The notes below the pieces were generated by a model that was given only the letters and a program-made list of their open reading frames with translations, was not told where the DNA came from and did not search any database. This document shows positions 25,166-35,599 of a stretch of 64,000 nucleotides of DNA, in pieces. The stretch covers positions 26,721,231 through 26,785,230 of the forward strand of contig NC_083435.1 of NCBI RefSeq assembly GCF_020745735.1. Reading direction: 5' to 3'. Each line of letters opens with the position of its first letter. Positions within the stretch are counted from its first letter, which is position 1. The DNA comes from Hemiscyllium ocellatum (Eukaryota). Both the position numbers and the translations under genes were made by a program.

Positions 25166-25643
25166 AGATTATAAACGCTATTTACAATCCTTTCACCCCA
25201 GTCTTTGCCAACACCGAGCCCACAGGCTGCTTAGGGCAAAGTCTCCAAACAGCACCAAGCTTCAAAACTCAAGGCCTCACTGCCAGTCTGCAAGGTCCTC
25301 TCCTCCTCACACTGGCCTCCCGTCCGGGAGTTGTCTCCTTTATTCCCCTCTGAGCAAGTCTTTAAAAAAAAAGTGTTTAAAAAAAAAGTGAAGAAAAGAA
25401 AAAAGACAGAACAGAGGAAATCTGTCTGAAGCATCCTACTCAGCCATTTTTCTGTAGAAAATCAGAGACAGTCATCCCTGTCAATCAGAAATAAAAGCTG
25501 CCAGATACCATGTCAGTAGGAGATGCCAACTACAGAGAATCAGGCTCTGATTAGAGATTCTGATCCACTCTTGGTTTCTTTCTATTCTCATCGACTCCTG
25601 ATCACACAGGAAGATGTCAAGCTTTTGGAGAGGGAGGACTCAC

Positions 25644-25904
25644 CATCTGTTTGGTTGTTCCGTGACTTCAAGCTCAGAACAGCGTTTTTGAAATTCCTTT
25701 CCTGCTCCCGAGCAAGAGATAGTTTCCGTTTCCAGGCCTCAGGCCCCTCGCTCACCACCATCCACTGTTCCCGGGGGATCAAATTCTTCTGATCACTGTC
25801 ATATGTAACAAACTGGACTCCATCCACATAACCAACAATCACAAACTGCGGGAAAGCAGGATCTGGAGTCATAGCAGTGAAGAAGTACCGGAGAGAGTGA
25901 GTGT
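25644..25904 (-). CDS. Gene A alpha1 exon
   Basis: 261 bp; DTHSLRYFFTAMTP..FVIVGYVDGVQFVTYDSD..EGPEAWKRK..RNNQTD; canonical splice sites. Confidence 0.97.
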
Positions 25905-26593
25905 CTGAAATGAAGAGAGAGAGAGCGAGAGCAAGATATCAGGACATGAATCCCTAAACACCAATCACAAAAGCTCCAACTAAACATGGAGGGAAACTTC
26001 TATGTACTCTGCACCTGTGTTTATTAAGCCCAAGTTCCCACTGGTGACATTAACCACCTTCTGAACTTGTCCCCCAGTCCCAAATCTTCCAATGACTTTT
26101 ACAATTCCTGGTCTGTTCCTGCACAGGATTTAAAAATTAATGGTTTATTTTGTTTTTCTTCCTTCTTCCTGCTAAAATGTATAACTCTGCACTTCTCTGT
26201 ACTCACATTCATCAGTCACTTAATGGCCATTTCCACTAACATTGTATGTGTGTTCTATCAGTTCACCTGAAGGTCAGAGACCAAGCAACTTAAGTCAGGA
26301 ATTCTAAGAGTTCCTTCCAGGTTAGTGAGCAGGCAGCAGGACGAAAATGGCAGTTTCTCACAATTTTGTAAGTAGAGGAACAGTTTGTTTTTCAAATTAA
26401 TTCCAGATTCTTCAGAAGAAAAAAGGTTGAGGCTCTAACTTTCAGGCAGTTCTAGTTGTTAACCCAGACAGTCTGTTATTTTCTTGGCCGGTGGGAACAG
26501 ACTGATTCAGAAGTTCAGAATGTGATATTAAAGGTCTCCAAAAATCAAAGATGCATCTCTGTCAAATGAAACTGGCCAACAACAGGACAAAGG

Positions 26594-26797
26594 GTTGAGA
26601 GCATGGTGCTGGAAAAGCACAGCCGGTCAGGGAACATCTAAGGGAGCAGGAGAATCGATGTTTTGGGCATAAACACTTCATCAGGAATGAGGGGCTTATG
26701 TCCGAAACATCGATTCTCCTGCTCCTCGGATGCTGCCTGACTGGCTGTGCTTTTCCAACACCACTCTCAAATCTGATCTCCAGCACTCACTTTCTCC
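26594..26797. mobile_element. Short Penelope-derived fold-back element, 17-bp TSD
   Basis: Inverted arms; TSD CAACAACAGGACAAAGG (26577-26593) / CATCAACAGAACAAAGG (26798-26814). Confidence 0.8.
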
Positions 26798-27443
26798 CAT
26801 CAACAGAACAAAGGATAGTCCAAAACAAACTGTTCACAATCACAAAGGAGGTTATACATCCTCAGTCAAATCCATGGAACAAGTCTTTGCTGATTGATAG
26901 TTTTAGCACCTTTGTCATCACAACACATTCCAATGTGTGTCTGTTTTGTTGCTGAGTCAGATTCAGAGACCAGGGTCTGAGCTCTTCTTGTTTCGAGGTT
27001 GTTTTCCATATTTCCACACAATGATAGATGAGAAACTGTCTCCCTCAATTCCCTCTGCAATCCACTGTGAAGATTGGCCATCTTATAAGTCATGCAATCT
27101 GTGACAAATACTTTAACATGGAGCGAAGTCATCTTTTTGAACAGAAAGGGGTGTACCATGTTTGCACTTGGTAATGTTCCAGGGACATGATAACATTTCA
27201 AGCTGAGTTTTTGATCTGCATGAACATCAAAATTTATGGATAACAGGCAGATGATGTCAGATATTAGAGGTAGAGAAGGCTATGACTATGGAGAATGCAC
27301 CCAATAATATAGATTAATAACTTAAAGCTTAGATGTGAATTGTCAATCAAGTCAGGTTAATTCTCATAGGCCAATGACCTATGCCTTGACCAAAGAAATG
27401 TATGAGCAAATTATATATTAAAAAAGATTTATCTATTAAAAAT

Positions 27444-27747
27444 GTGGGCGGCACAGTGGTTAGCACTGCTGCCTCACAGCGCCAGAGACCCGGGTTCAAT
27501 TCCCGCCTCAGGCGACTGATGTGTGGAGTTTGCACGTTCTCCCCGTGTCTGCGTGGGTTTCCTCCGGGTGCTCTGGCTTCCTTCCACAGTCACAAAGATG
27601 TGCGGGTCAGATGAACTGGCCATGCTAAATTGCCCATAGTGTTAGATAAGGGGTAAATGTAGGGGTATGGGTGGGTTACGCTTCGGTGGGTCGGTGTGGA
27701 CTTGTTGGGCAAGGGTCTGTTTCCACACTAAGTAATCTAATCTAATC
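27444..27747 (+). mobile_element. HE1-type SINE in gene A intron 1
   Basis: Near-consensus copy with AATCT tail. Confidence 0.95.
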
Positions 27748-28029
27748 AAATTCGGTTGAATTGAAATTTTTGTTTTTTTTTAAACAAACAGTACTTCAAT
27801 TCTGTACCATGAAGCAGTGACATTTATTTCTTATATATACACATATTCTTATTTGGAGTTGGAGAGTGAAACAAAACCTTTAAAACCTTGAGTTTCTATC
27901 TTCACATTAAGAACACCCACCACTCTGTTGTGATACAACTACTTTGTTTGAAATCTAAACCATTCAGCAAAAAAGGAAAACAAAATATCCAATGAGGCAC
28001 TGCAATGCCTTCAGAAGCAGAACAGTGAT

Positions 28030-28910
28030 CCTCAGGAATTGGGGATGAGAACATAGGCAGCATGGTTACTCAGTTTGCAGATGACACCAAAATCGATGGT
28101 TTAATGAACAGTGAAGACGGTTATCTAACAGTACAATGGGACTTTGATCACCTGGGCCAGTGGGCTGAAGTTTAGCAGATGGAGTTTAAGTCAGATAGAT
28201 GTCAGGCAAGACATTTTGGTAAGGCAAACAAGGGCAGGATTTACACCATTAATAGTGAGCCCTGGGAGTGTTCTTGAGTAGAGTGACCTAGGAATGCAGT
28301 TACATAGTTCATTGAAAGTAGCATCACAGATAGACAGGGTAGTGAAGAAGACACTGTCTAAGTATTGAGTATGGGAATTGGGCATCATGTTATGGCGATA
28401 CAGGATTTTGGTTAGGCCACTTTTGGCACACTGTATGCAGTTCTGGTTGCCCTACTAGAGGAAGGATATAAACTAAATTGGAGAGAGTGTGCAAAAAAGA
28501 TTTACAAAGGATGTTGCTGGGACTAGAGGTCTAAGGAAAGGCTGGAACTCTTGTCTGGAACAGAGTTTTATAAAATCATGATGCAAAGAGCAAATGTCTT
28601 TTCCCTCTGGTAGGGGAATTCAAAACTTGAGGATAAATTTTAAGCTGAGACAAGAAAGATTTGAAAGGGACCTGAGGGGCTACTTTTTCCACAGAAGGTG
28701 ATTCACATGTGGAATGAACTGCCAGATAAAGCAGGAGAATCAGGTATAGTTACAACATTTAAAAGACATTTGGACAGGGACATGAATAGAAAAGGTTCGA
28801 AGGATATGGGCCAAATGCAAGCAAATGGCACTATTTTAGTTTGGAAAACCTGATTGGCATTTTTGAGTTGGACTGAAGTGTCGGTTTCCATGTTGTATGA
28901 CTCCAAGTAC
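28030..28910 (+). mobile_element. CR1 LINE 3' fragment in gene A intron 1
   Basis: FADDTK motif and CR1 tail. Confidence 0.85.
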
Positions 28911-28984
28911 TTAAAACTATAAGCTGAAACATCTATAAACCTCATGGCTTATCATATCAACCACTTTACCAATCTAAGGGTCAA

Positions 28985-29107
28985 GGAGAAAGTGAGGACT
29001 GCAGATGCTGGAGATCAGAGCTGAAAATGTGTTGCTGGAAAAGCGCAGCAGGTCAGGCAGTATCCAAGGACCAGGGGAGTCAGAAGGGCTCATGCCCAAA
29101 ACGTCGA
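28985..29107 (-). mobile_element. Short Penelope-derived element, perfect 15-bp TSD
   Basis: GGAGAAAGTGAGGACTGCAGATGCTGG terminus; TSD CAATCTAAGGGTCAA at 28970-28984 and 29108-29122. Confidence 0.88.
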
Positions 29108-29279
29108 CAATCTAAGGGTCAACCCTGGTATGATGAAAGGTACAGTTTGTATATATTGTATTCATAACAGTTTTGGTGTTCAGATTTCAAAATAGAGGTA
29201 CATGAGTGTTGTTAACTTGAGGGCTTTGGAAATGAAAGGTCAGCAAGTCTTCTGGAATAGTGATTTAATCCATTGTCAT

Positions 29280-29700
29280 AGACCAGGTTGATGTTAGGAA
29301 AGATAAAGAAGCTTTGGAAAGGGTGCAAAGAAGGTTTACCAGGATGCTGCCTGGACTGGAGGGCCTGTTTTATGAAGAGAGGATGACAAAGCTCAGACTT
29401 TTCTCTCTTGGAGAGAAGGAGGAAGAGAGGTGACCTGATCAAGGTATACAAGATAATGAGAGGAATGGATAGAGTCAATAGCCAGAGACTTTTCCCCTGG
29501 GCAGGATTCACTGGCATGAGGGGTCATAGTTTTAAGACATTAGGAGAAAGGTATAGAGGGGACATCAGAGGAAGGTTCTTTACGCGGAAAGTTGTGAATA
29601 CATGGAATGCTAGAGCCATAAGGGACATTTAATCGACTGCTGGAGTTGCACATGGATAGCAGGGAATTGAGGGGTGCATAGGTTAAGTTATTTTTATTTT
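29280..29700 (+). mobile_element. CR1 LINE 3' fragment
   Basis: LERRRKRGDLIKVYKIMRGMDRV ORF2 C-terminus. Confidence 0.85.
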
Positions 29701-30665
29701 ACATTAGCAGTCTGGTTGTTTTCATAAGTGAAGATGACAAGAATAATCCAGTTTGCGATTAACACAGGAGACATTCCAGAAATCACTTTCTGCACATTTG
29801 ATAGAATCAGAGTCGCTACACTGTAGGAAGAGTCCATTTGGCCCATGAAATCTGCACTGACCCTCCAAATAGCAATCCACCCAGACCCATCCATCCATCA
29901 CGATATTCCCACAATCCCACATTTTCTATGCCTATCCATTTAGCCTGCACATCTCTGGACACTTAAGGGCCAATCAACGTAACCTGCAGACCTACCAGAG
30001 TAAGTGGGAGGCCATTACAATTACTACACAAAAAGAAACATTTCAGCAAGTACATTGTTAGGAAAGATTTAGAGAGATCTGGGCCAACCATAGGCAAGTG
30101 GGATGAGCTCAGTTCAGGACACCTGGTCGGCACGGTCGAGTGGGCCGAAGGGTCTGTGCCCGGGATGCTGCCTGACCTGCTGTACTTTTCCAGCACCACA
30201 CGTTTTGACTCTGATCTGCAGTCCTCACTTTCCTTTTGTAACCTATAAACTTGGTAAATAGGGTGAAGAATGGGGTATTGTTGAAATATTCTACGACAAT
30301 CAGCTTTGGAAATATTCTGTTGAGTCCTGATTTATTAGATACGCTCGCAAACTTGAATAACAGTTTCCTTTATCACAAACGAATCACCATTCATAGAGGC
30401 CTATAGCACACGAACAGATCCCGTGGCCTATCCAGTATAAATCGGACAATTCGATGAGTTTTGGTACCAGTTAGGCTGAATGGAGATTTTTAAAACATGA
30501 GATCATGATATAAAGAGAAGCTTTCTAGAAGGCATTTTGTTAACCAATTTTCGGGGGAAGGAGAAATTTCACGTTTCGGTTCAGCTTCATCTGCGGAAGT
30601 TGTCAAGGTCTGTACCCAGCTTGGCACCACCACCACCACCACCCCCACCATATCCCATTGCTTAC

Positions 30666-30714
30666 CGGCACAAAGCTTTCCACACAGAAGACCCAGCACT
30701 AACAGTCCAATCAT
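30666..30714 (-). CDS. Gene A leader (signal peptide) exon MIGLLVLGLLCGKLCA
   Basis: 49 bp, phase-1 donor GTAAGC; joins alpha1 as ..LCA-DTHSLRY; homologous to the other two leader exons. Confidence 0.92.
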
Positions 30715-30809
30715 TGCGATTTCAGTTGCAGTTCAGGAGGAGAAATTGGTGAGGAATCATACTCTAGCGGACTTTCTTGGCCTGTGAAACAGTGTCCGAG
30801 ACTGATATT

Positions 30810-30899
30810 AAACCCTGTATCTGCGCGCTCAGCCGCTTTCATACTGATTGGGTCAATAATATTTTGGGACCAATCAGAATGAAAATACTCAGTGAGTCA
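30810..30899 (-). promoter_or_regulatory. Gene A proximal promoter: TATA-like element, inverted CCAAT pair, AP-1/CRE-like site
   Basis: CTGATTGG 30844-30851, CCAATCAG 30870-30877, TGAGTCA 30893-30899; TTTAATAT on the minus strand near 30805-30812. Confidence 0.75.
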
Positions 30900-30924
30900 T
30901 CCGGTGGAACAGACGCCCACTGGA

Positions 30925-31130
30925 CGTTGAAAGTTAAAAAATCACACAATGCCAGGTTATAGTCCAAAAGGTTTAATTGGAAGCTTTCGGAGCGTCGCTC
31001 TACCATCTGAGGAAGGAGTGGCACTCCGAAAGCTACTGTGCTTCCAATTAAACCTGTTGGACTATAACCTGGTGTTGTGTGATTTTTAATTTTGTACACC
31101 CCAATCCAACACCGGCATTTCCAAATCATG
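30925..31130. mobile_element. Penelope-derived fold-back element inserted in the gene A promoter
   Basis: About 50-bp inverted arms (30934-30983 and 31042-31089); hammerhead-like core CTGAGGA-A-GGAG..CTCC-GAAA-GC-TA at 31007-31035 with a weak stem I. Confidence 0.8.
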
Positions 31131-31734
31131 ACTGATGTTGAAAAGCTCCTCCCAGAATCGGACCCTTGCCAATCTGACAAACAGTCCCACTCTCACTCCC
31201 AGTTGCTCCGAGAATGAGCTGAGTTACATGTTGCTTTCTTCAGAACCATTCTGGAAAGGAGGAGGCAATTCAAACTGTTATATCATCAAATTAGACCCAT
31301 GACTGATCTTAACTCCAGTTTCATTTCCTTCAATCGCCAAAAAAAATCACCATCTTACACCCCAAAGCTCCAATTATGCCAATATTCACGAACTATTAGG
31401 AGCAGACATTTTTAAGTGTATCCTTCTATAAGAGATGGTGACTTAGTGGTGATGTCACAGAGTTCCTCATGGCAGGCGAATGATGCGGGACAAAATAGAA
31501 GTTGCTGGAAAAGCCCAACAGGTCTGGCAGCATTTGGGCAGAGAAATCAGAGTTAACGTTTCAGTTCACAGATGCTGCCAGACCTGCTGAGCTTTTCCAG
31601 GAACTTCTGTTTTGTTTCAGATTTACAGCATCTACAATTCTTTCAGTTTTTAATGATCTGGAGACATGGGTTTGCACTTCCTAATGACAGCAAAGTTTGA
31701 ATTCAAAATAAATCTGGAATTAAAATCCAGTTTA

Positions 31735-32040
31735 AATTAGATTACTTACAGAGTGGAAACAGGCCCTTCGGCCCAACAAGTCCACACTGACCCTCCGAAG
31801 AGCAACCTACCCAGACCCATTCCCCTACATTTACCCCTTTGCCTAACACTATGGGCAATTTAGCATGGCCAATTCACCTAACCTGCACATCCTTGGACTG
31901 TGGGAGGAAACCAGAGCACCTGGAGGAAACCCACGCAGACACAGGGAGAATGTACAAACTCCACACAGACAGTTGTCCGAGGCTGGAATTGAACCTGGGT
32001 CTCTGGCACTGTGAGGCAGCAGTGCTAACCACTGTGCCAC
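31735..32040 (-). mobile_element. HE1-type SINE
   Basis: Reverse complement of consensus. Confidence 0.93.
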
Positions 32041-32654
32041 TGTACTGCCCCTTAGTAGGGGTTTAGTAGGGTCATTCTCAGTTATTATGATACAAAAACA
32101 ACTAAACCACCAATGACTTTTAAGGGATGAATGTTCCTAACTTTTCTGGCCTGAGCCGACATATAAATCCAGACGCACAGAAATTGCTGGACATCAGTTG
32201 CTGACCCAGCTCAAAATGACCACATGACTTAAATAGATGAAAAGATTTTGTGTCCAAGGAAGCTTCCAAACCCCTGCCACATGTGATATTAGGAAACAGA
32301 TGAAGCTACAGATTACACAGCAAAGGCTGTGGATTCTGACAATATCCTGGCACTAATGTTGAAGACTTTTGCTTCAAAACTCGTCATGTCTGTCATCAAA
32401 CTGTATGAGTACAGCTATCTCAGCCACTAACACCACTGCAGGAGTTCCTCAGACAACTGTCCTCAACACAAACATCTTTAAAATGCTTCATCAATGACCT
32501 TCTCTCCAACTTAATGTCAGAAGTAGGGACATTTTTAGTACCAATTGTTACACCTCAGACACTGAAACAGTCCATGTATTTGTACATCAAGAAACAGGTA
32601 CGACATGAAAGTTTGGGCTGGCACGTGGGAAGTTAAACTCATGTGAAGCAAGTT

Positions 32655-33755
32655 TCTCTCAGTCTGAACTGTATCTTATATTGACACTGTCCCTCTAAGT
32701 GAGGGAGCTTTGTCCTGTACTGACACTGTCCCTCTCAGTCTATGCACTGTGTCTTGTACAATACTGTCTCTGTCAGTCTGTGAGCTGTATCATGTACTGA
32801 CACGCTCCCTCTCAAGTCTGTGAGCTGTGTCCTGTACCACAGAATTTCCCATGGGATCCCTGCAGTGTGGAAACAGGCCCTTCAGCCCAGCAAGTCCACA
32901 CTAACACTCTGAAGAGTATCCCACCCAAACCCGTTCTACATTACTCTACAATTACCCCTGATGAATGCACCTGACTTACACATCCCTGAACACTGTGGGC
33001 AATTCACCTAACCTGCACATGTTTGGATTGTGAGAGGAAACCAATGCAAACACAGGGAATAGAATGCGCAAACTCTACACAGATAGTTACCCAAGGCTGA
33101 AATTGAACCCAGGTCCCTGGCACTGTGAGGCAGCAGTGCTAACCACTGAGCCACCATGCTGCCCCTCTGTCTCTCTCAGTCTGTGAGCTGTGTCCTGTAC
33201 TGACACTGCCTATCACAGTCTGTGAGCTGCAACTTGTCTCCCTCTCTCAGTCTATAAACTGTCTATTGTACTGCCACTATCCTTCACAGTCTGTGTGCTG
33301 TCCCTACACTGACACTGTCCCTTTCAGTCTGAGCTGTGTCCTTTACTGATACTATTCCTCTTGAGTCTGTGAGCTGTGTCCAGTATTGATCCTGTCCCTT
33401 TCAGTCTGTGAGTTGTGTCCTTTACCAATACTGTCTCTCTCAGTCTTTGAGCTGTATCCCTGTACTGACAACGTCCCTCTCAGTCTGTGAGCTGTGTCCT
33501 GTATTATCACTCTCCCTTTCAGTCTGTGAGCTGTATCATGTACTGAGACAGTCTCTTTCAATCTGTGAGCTGTGTCCTGTGCTGACATTGTCCCTCTCAG
33601 TCTGTGACCTGTGTCCTGAATTCTCACTGTCCCTCTCAGTCTGTGAGCTGTGTCGTGTTGCTATACTGTCTGTTTCAGTCTGTGAGCTGCGTCCTGTACT
33701 GACACTCTCCCTCTCAGTGTCCTTTACTGACACTGTCTCTTTCAGACTATAAACT
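32655..33755. repeat. 39-bp minisatellite (CTGTCCCTCTCAGTCTGTGAGCTGTGTCCTGTACTGACA), interrupted by a SINE
   Basis: About 5 copies at 32655-32840 and about 15 at 33166-33755. Confidence 0.93.
32855..33165 (-). mobile_element. HE1-type SINE inside the minisatellite
   Basis: Reverse complement of consensus. Confidence 0.9.
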
Positions 33756-34903
33756 GCATCCTTGAAGGCAATGACTGTTTTCTCTGTACAATATGTCATG
33801 TTAGCTATGAATTCATTTCTATGATCCCAATATTGCTAGTAATTCTAAAACACTAATAGTTTAAGTATTATTTTATGATTTCTACAGTTTTGTTGTTATA
33901 GTAAGTTAACATGGTAAGAAGAAGCCAGGATGAGACTAACACAGGAGACTTTTTAAATCAGTTTCTACAAGATTGGAAACCAGCCAGGAATGATTTTGAG
34001 CCTCAACTGTGAGGTAATTAGAGAATAAGGAATTAATTAATAGATATTGGTGAAGACTGAATGCATAACCTACAACAGCATGTCTGTGATGTTTAATAAG
34101 ATTATAACATTTTAAGTGTATATTGTTACATTTTGCTGCATAAAATGGTGATTTTTCAAACACAGAGATAAGCAATGTTGAGAAAATGAAACCTTCATAA
34201 CTGACCTTTTGGTTATTTTAACCAGTTTGTTCAGAAATGTACAACATTAGTCCAGGCAATATTAGATAATAATCAGATAGAGAAACATTCTGATATGTTC
34301 TGAGTCATTACTGTAGGAGAAAGTGTTCACAAGTTTGGGAAAATTTAGAAATCAATCATAAATAAACTGACAACTAAGTTAATCAATGAGTGTTTGATAG
34401 TTAGGCTGATTAGAGATAACTTAAAAAAAAAAGTTAAATATATGAAGTTGAACTTTAGAGAAGACACTTTCTTAACCCATTACATAGCCTTGGGGAAATA
34501 AGAGAATTTCACAATTCACTTCAGCCCCAACAACTGAAGTCATCAATGTCTGCCTCATTCTAAAACTAGTGACTTTTCTCTTTTTACTTCTACTTAAAAA
34601 TTAATCTTCAATCATTTTGACTTCTGTACCTTTTACTGTTAGTCAATCTTTAAATTTATCAATGAAGATGTTTGCTCTTGCCTTATGTTTTGTTTCAAAT
34701 TAACATACATGTTTTATTTTTGTGGGTTCAGTGAAGGTTAAAATATGAAGTCAGATAAACTGTACCATATAAACCATTACAATAGTAACATGACATGTGT
34801 AAAAGTCCCATTACCTAGCCTGTCATTACCCTTCACTCCTCATTACCCATTGACTCAGTTTGGATACCCTAGTACCAACCTGGCACTGTCCCACCCCCAT
34901 CAC

Positions 34904-34952
34904 CTGCAGAGAGCTCTTCCCACAGAAATCCCAGCACTATCGGGCCAATCAT
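34904..34952 (-). other. Orphan MHC class I leader exon MIGPIVLGFLWEELSA with a decayed promoter
   Basis: 49 bp, ATG intact, donor GTGATG. Upstream homology to the A and B promoters, with the Y-box mutated to CTGATTGA at 35080-35087. No alpha1 exon before the gene A leader. Confidence 0.85.
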
Positions 34953-35599
34953 TTGACTTCAGTTGACAGCCTGTGGGGAGAAATTGGTGGGAAATTATTT
35001 CCCACCAGATTGTCTCAGTCTGTGAGCTGTGTCCTGGACTGATATAAACTATGTTTCAGTTCACTCAGTTACTTTCATACTGATTGATCCCAAAATATCA
35101 TTGACAAAACAAAAAGACTTTAAGAGTCATCAGTATCCAAAAAAATACACTCAAAAAACATACCCAAATATTTTGAATGACTGTCTCACAGCATCAGGAA
35201 TCCGGACTTGATTCCACCCTTGGGCAAGTCTCTGTGGAGTTTGCACATTCTCCCCAAGTTTGCATGGGTTTACTCCGGGTACACCCATTTCCTCTAACTG
35301 TCCGAAGATGTGCAGGTTAGGTAAATAGAGTATGGGGGTGTGTCTGGATGGGATGGTCTTCGGAATGGATGGGCAGAATGCATGTAGGGATTGTATGATT
35401 TCACATTCTAGGGATTCCATGATTTTATTCTATGATTCCAGGAATCAGTCTATCGAAGCTGCTACTCATCCAATGAGATCATTGCTGATCTTTAACTCCT
35501 GTTTCATATTCTTCAAAAATAAAAGATCAATCTTAGACTCCCCGCTCAAACTGTCCTAACAATCACAGACCTTGAGAGGAAACATTATTCGGTGAACAT

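Noticed and set aside
26866-27201. 111-aa ORF with a homologue at 9172-9498, as a hidden gene
   Set aside because: The homology is explained by intron-1 paralogy between units A and C, and reading frames are not conserved between the copies.
21167-30714. Calling gene A or B the classical UAA, or CD1/MR1
   Set aside because: Y59, E63 and T143 are lost and the locus is multicopy with pseudogenes, which argues against classical UAA. The overall sequence is UAA-like rather than CD1- or MR1-like. No gene symbol is given without a phylogeny.
32655-33755. CRISPR-like array (also 1-295)
   Set aside because: Units are contiguous with no unique spacers, there are no cas genes, and the context is vertebrate.
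33352-33799. ORFs on both strands in the 39-bp array
   Set aside because: A unit length divisible by 3 produces open frames; the peptides are low-complexity repeat translations.
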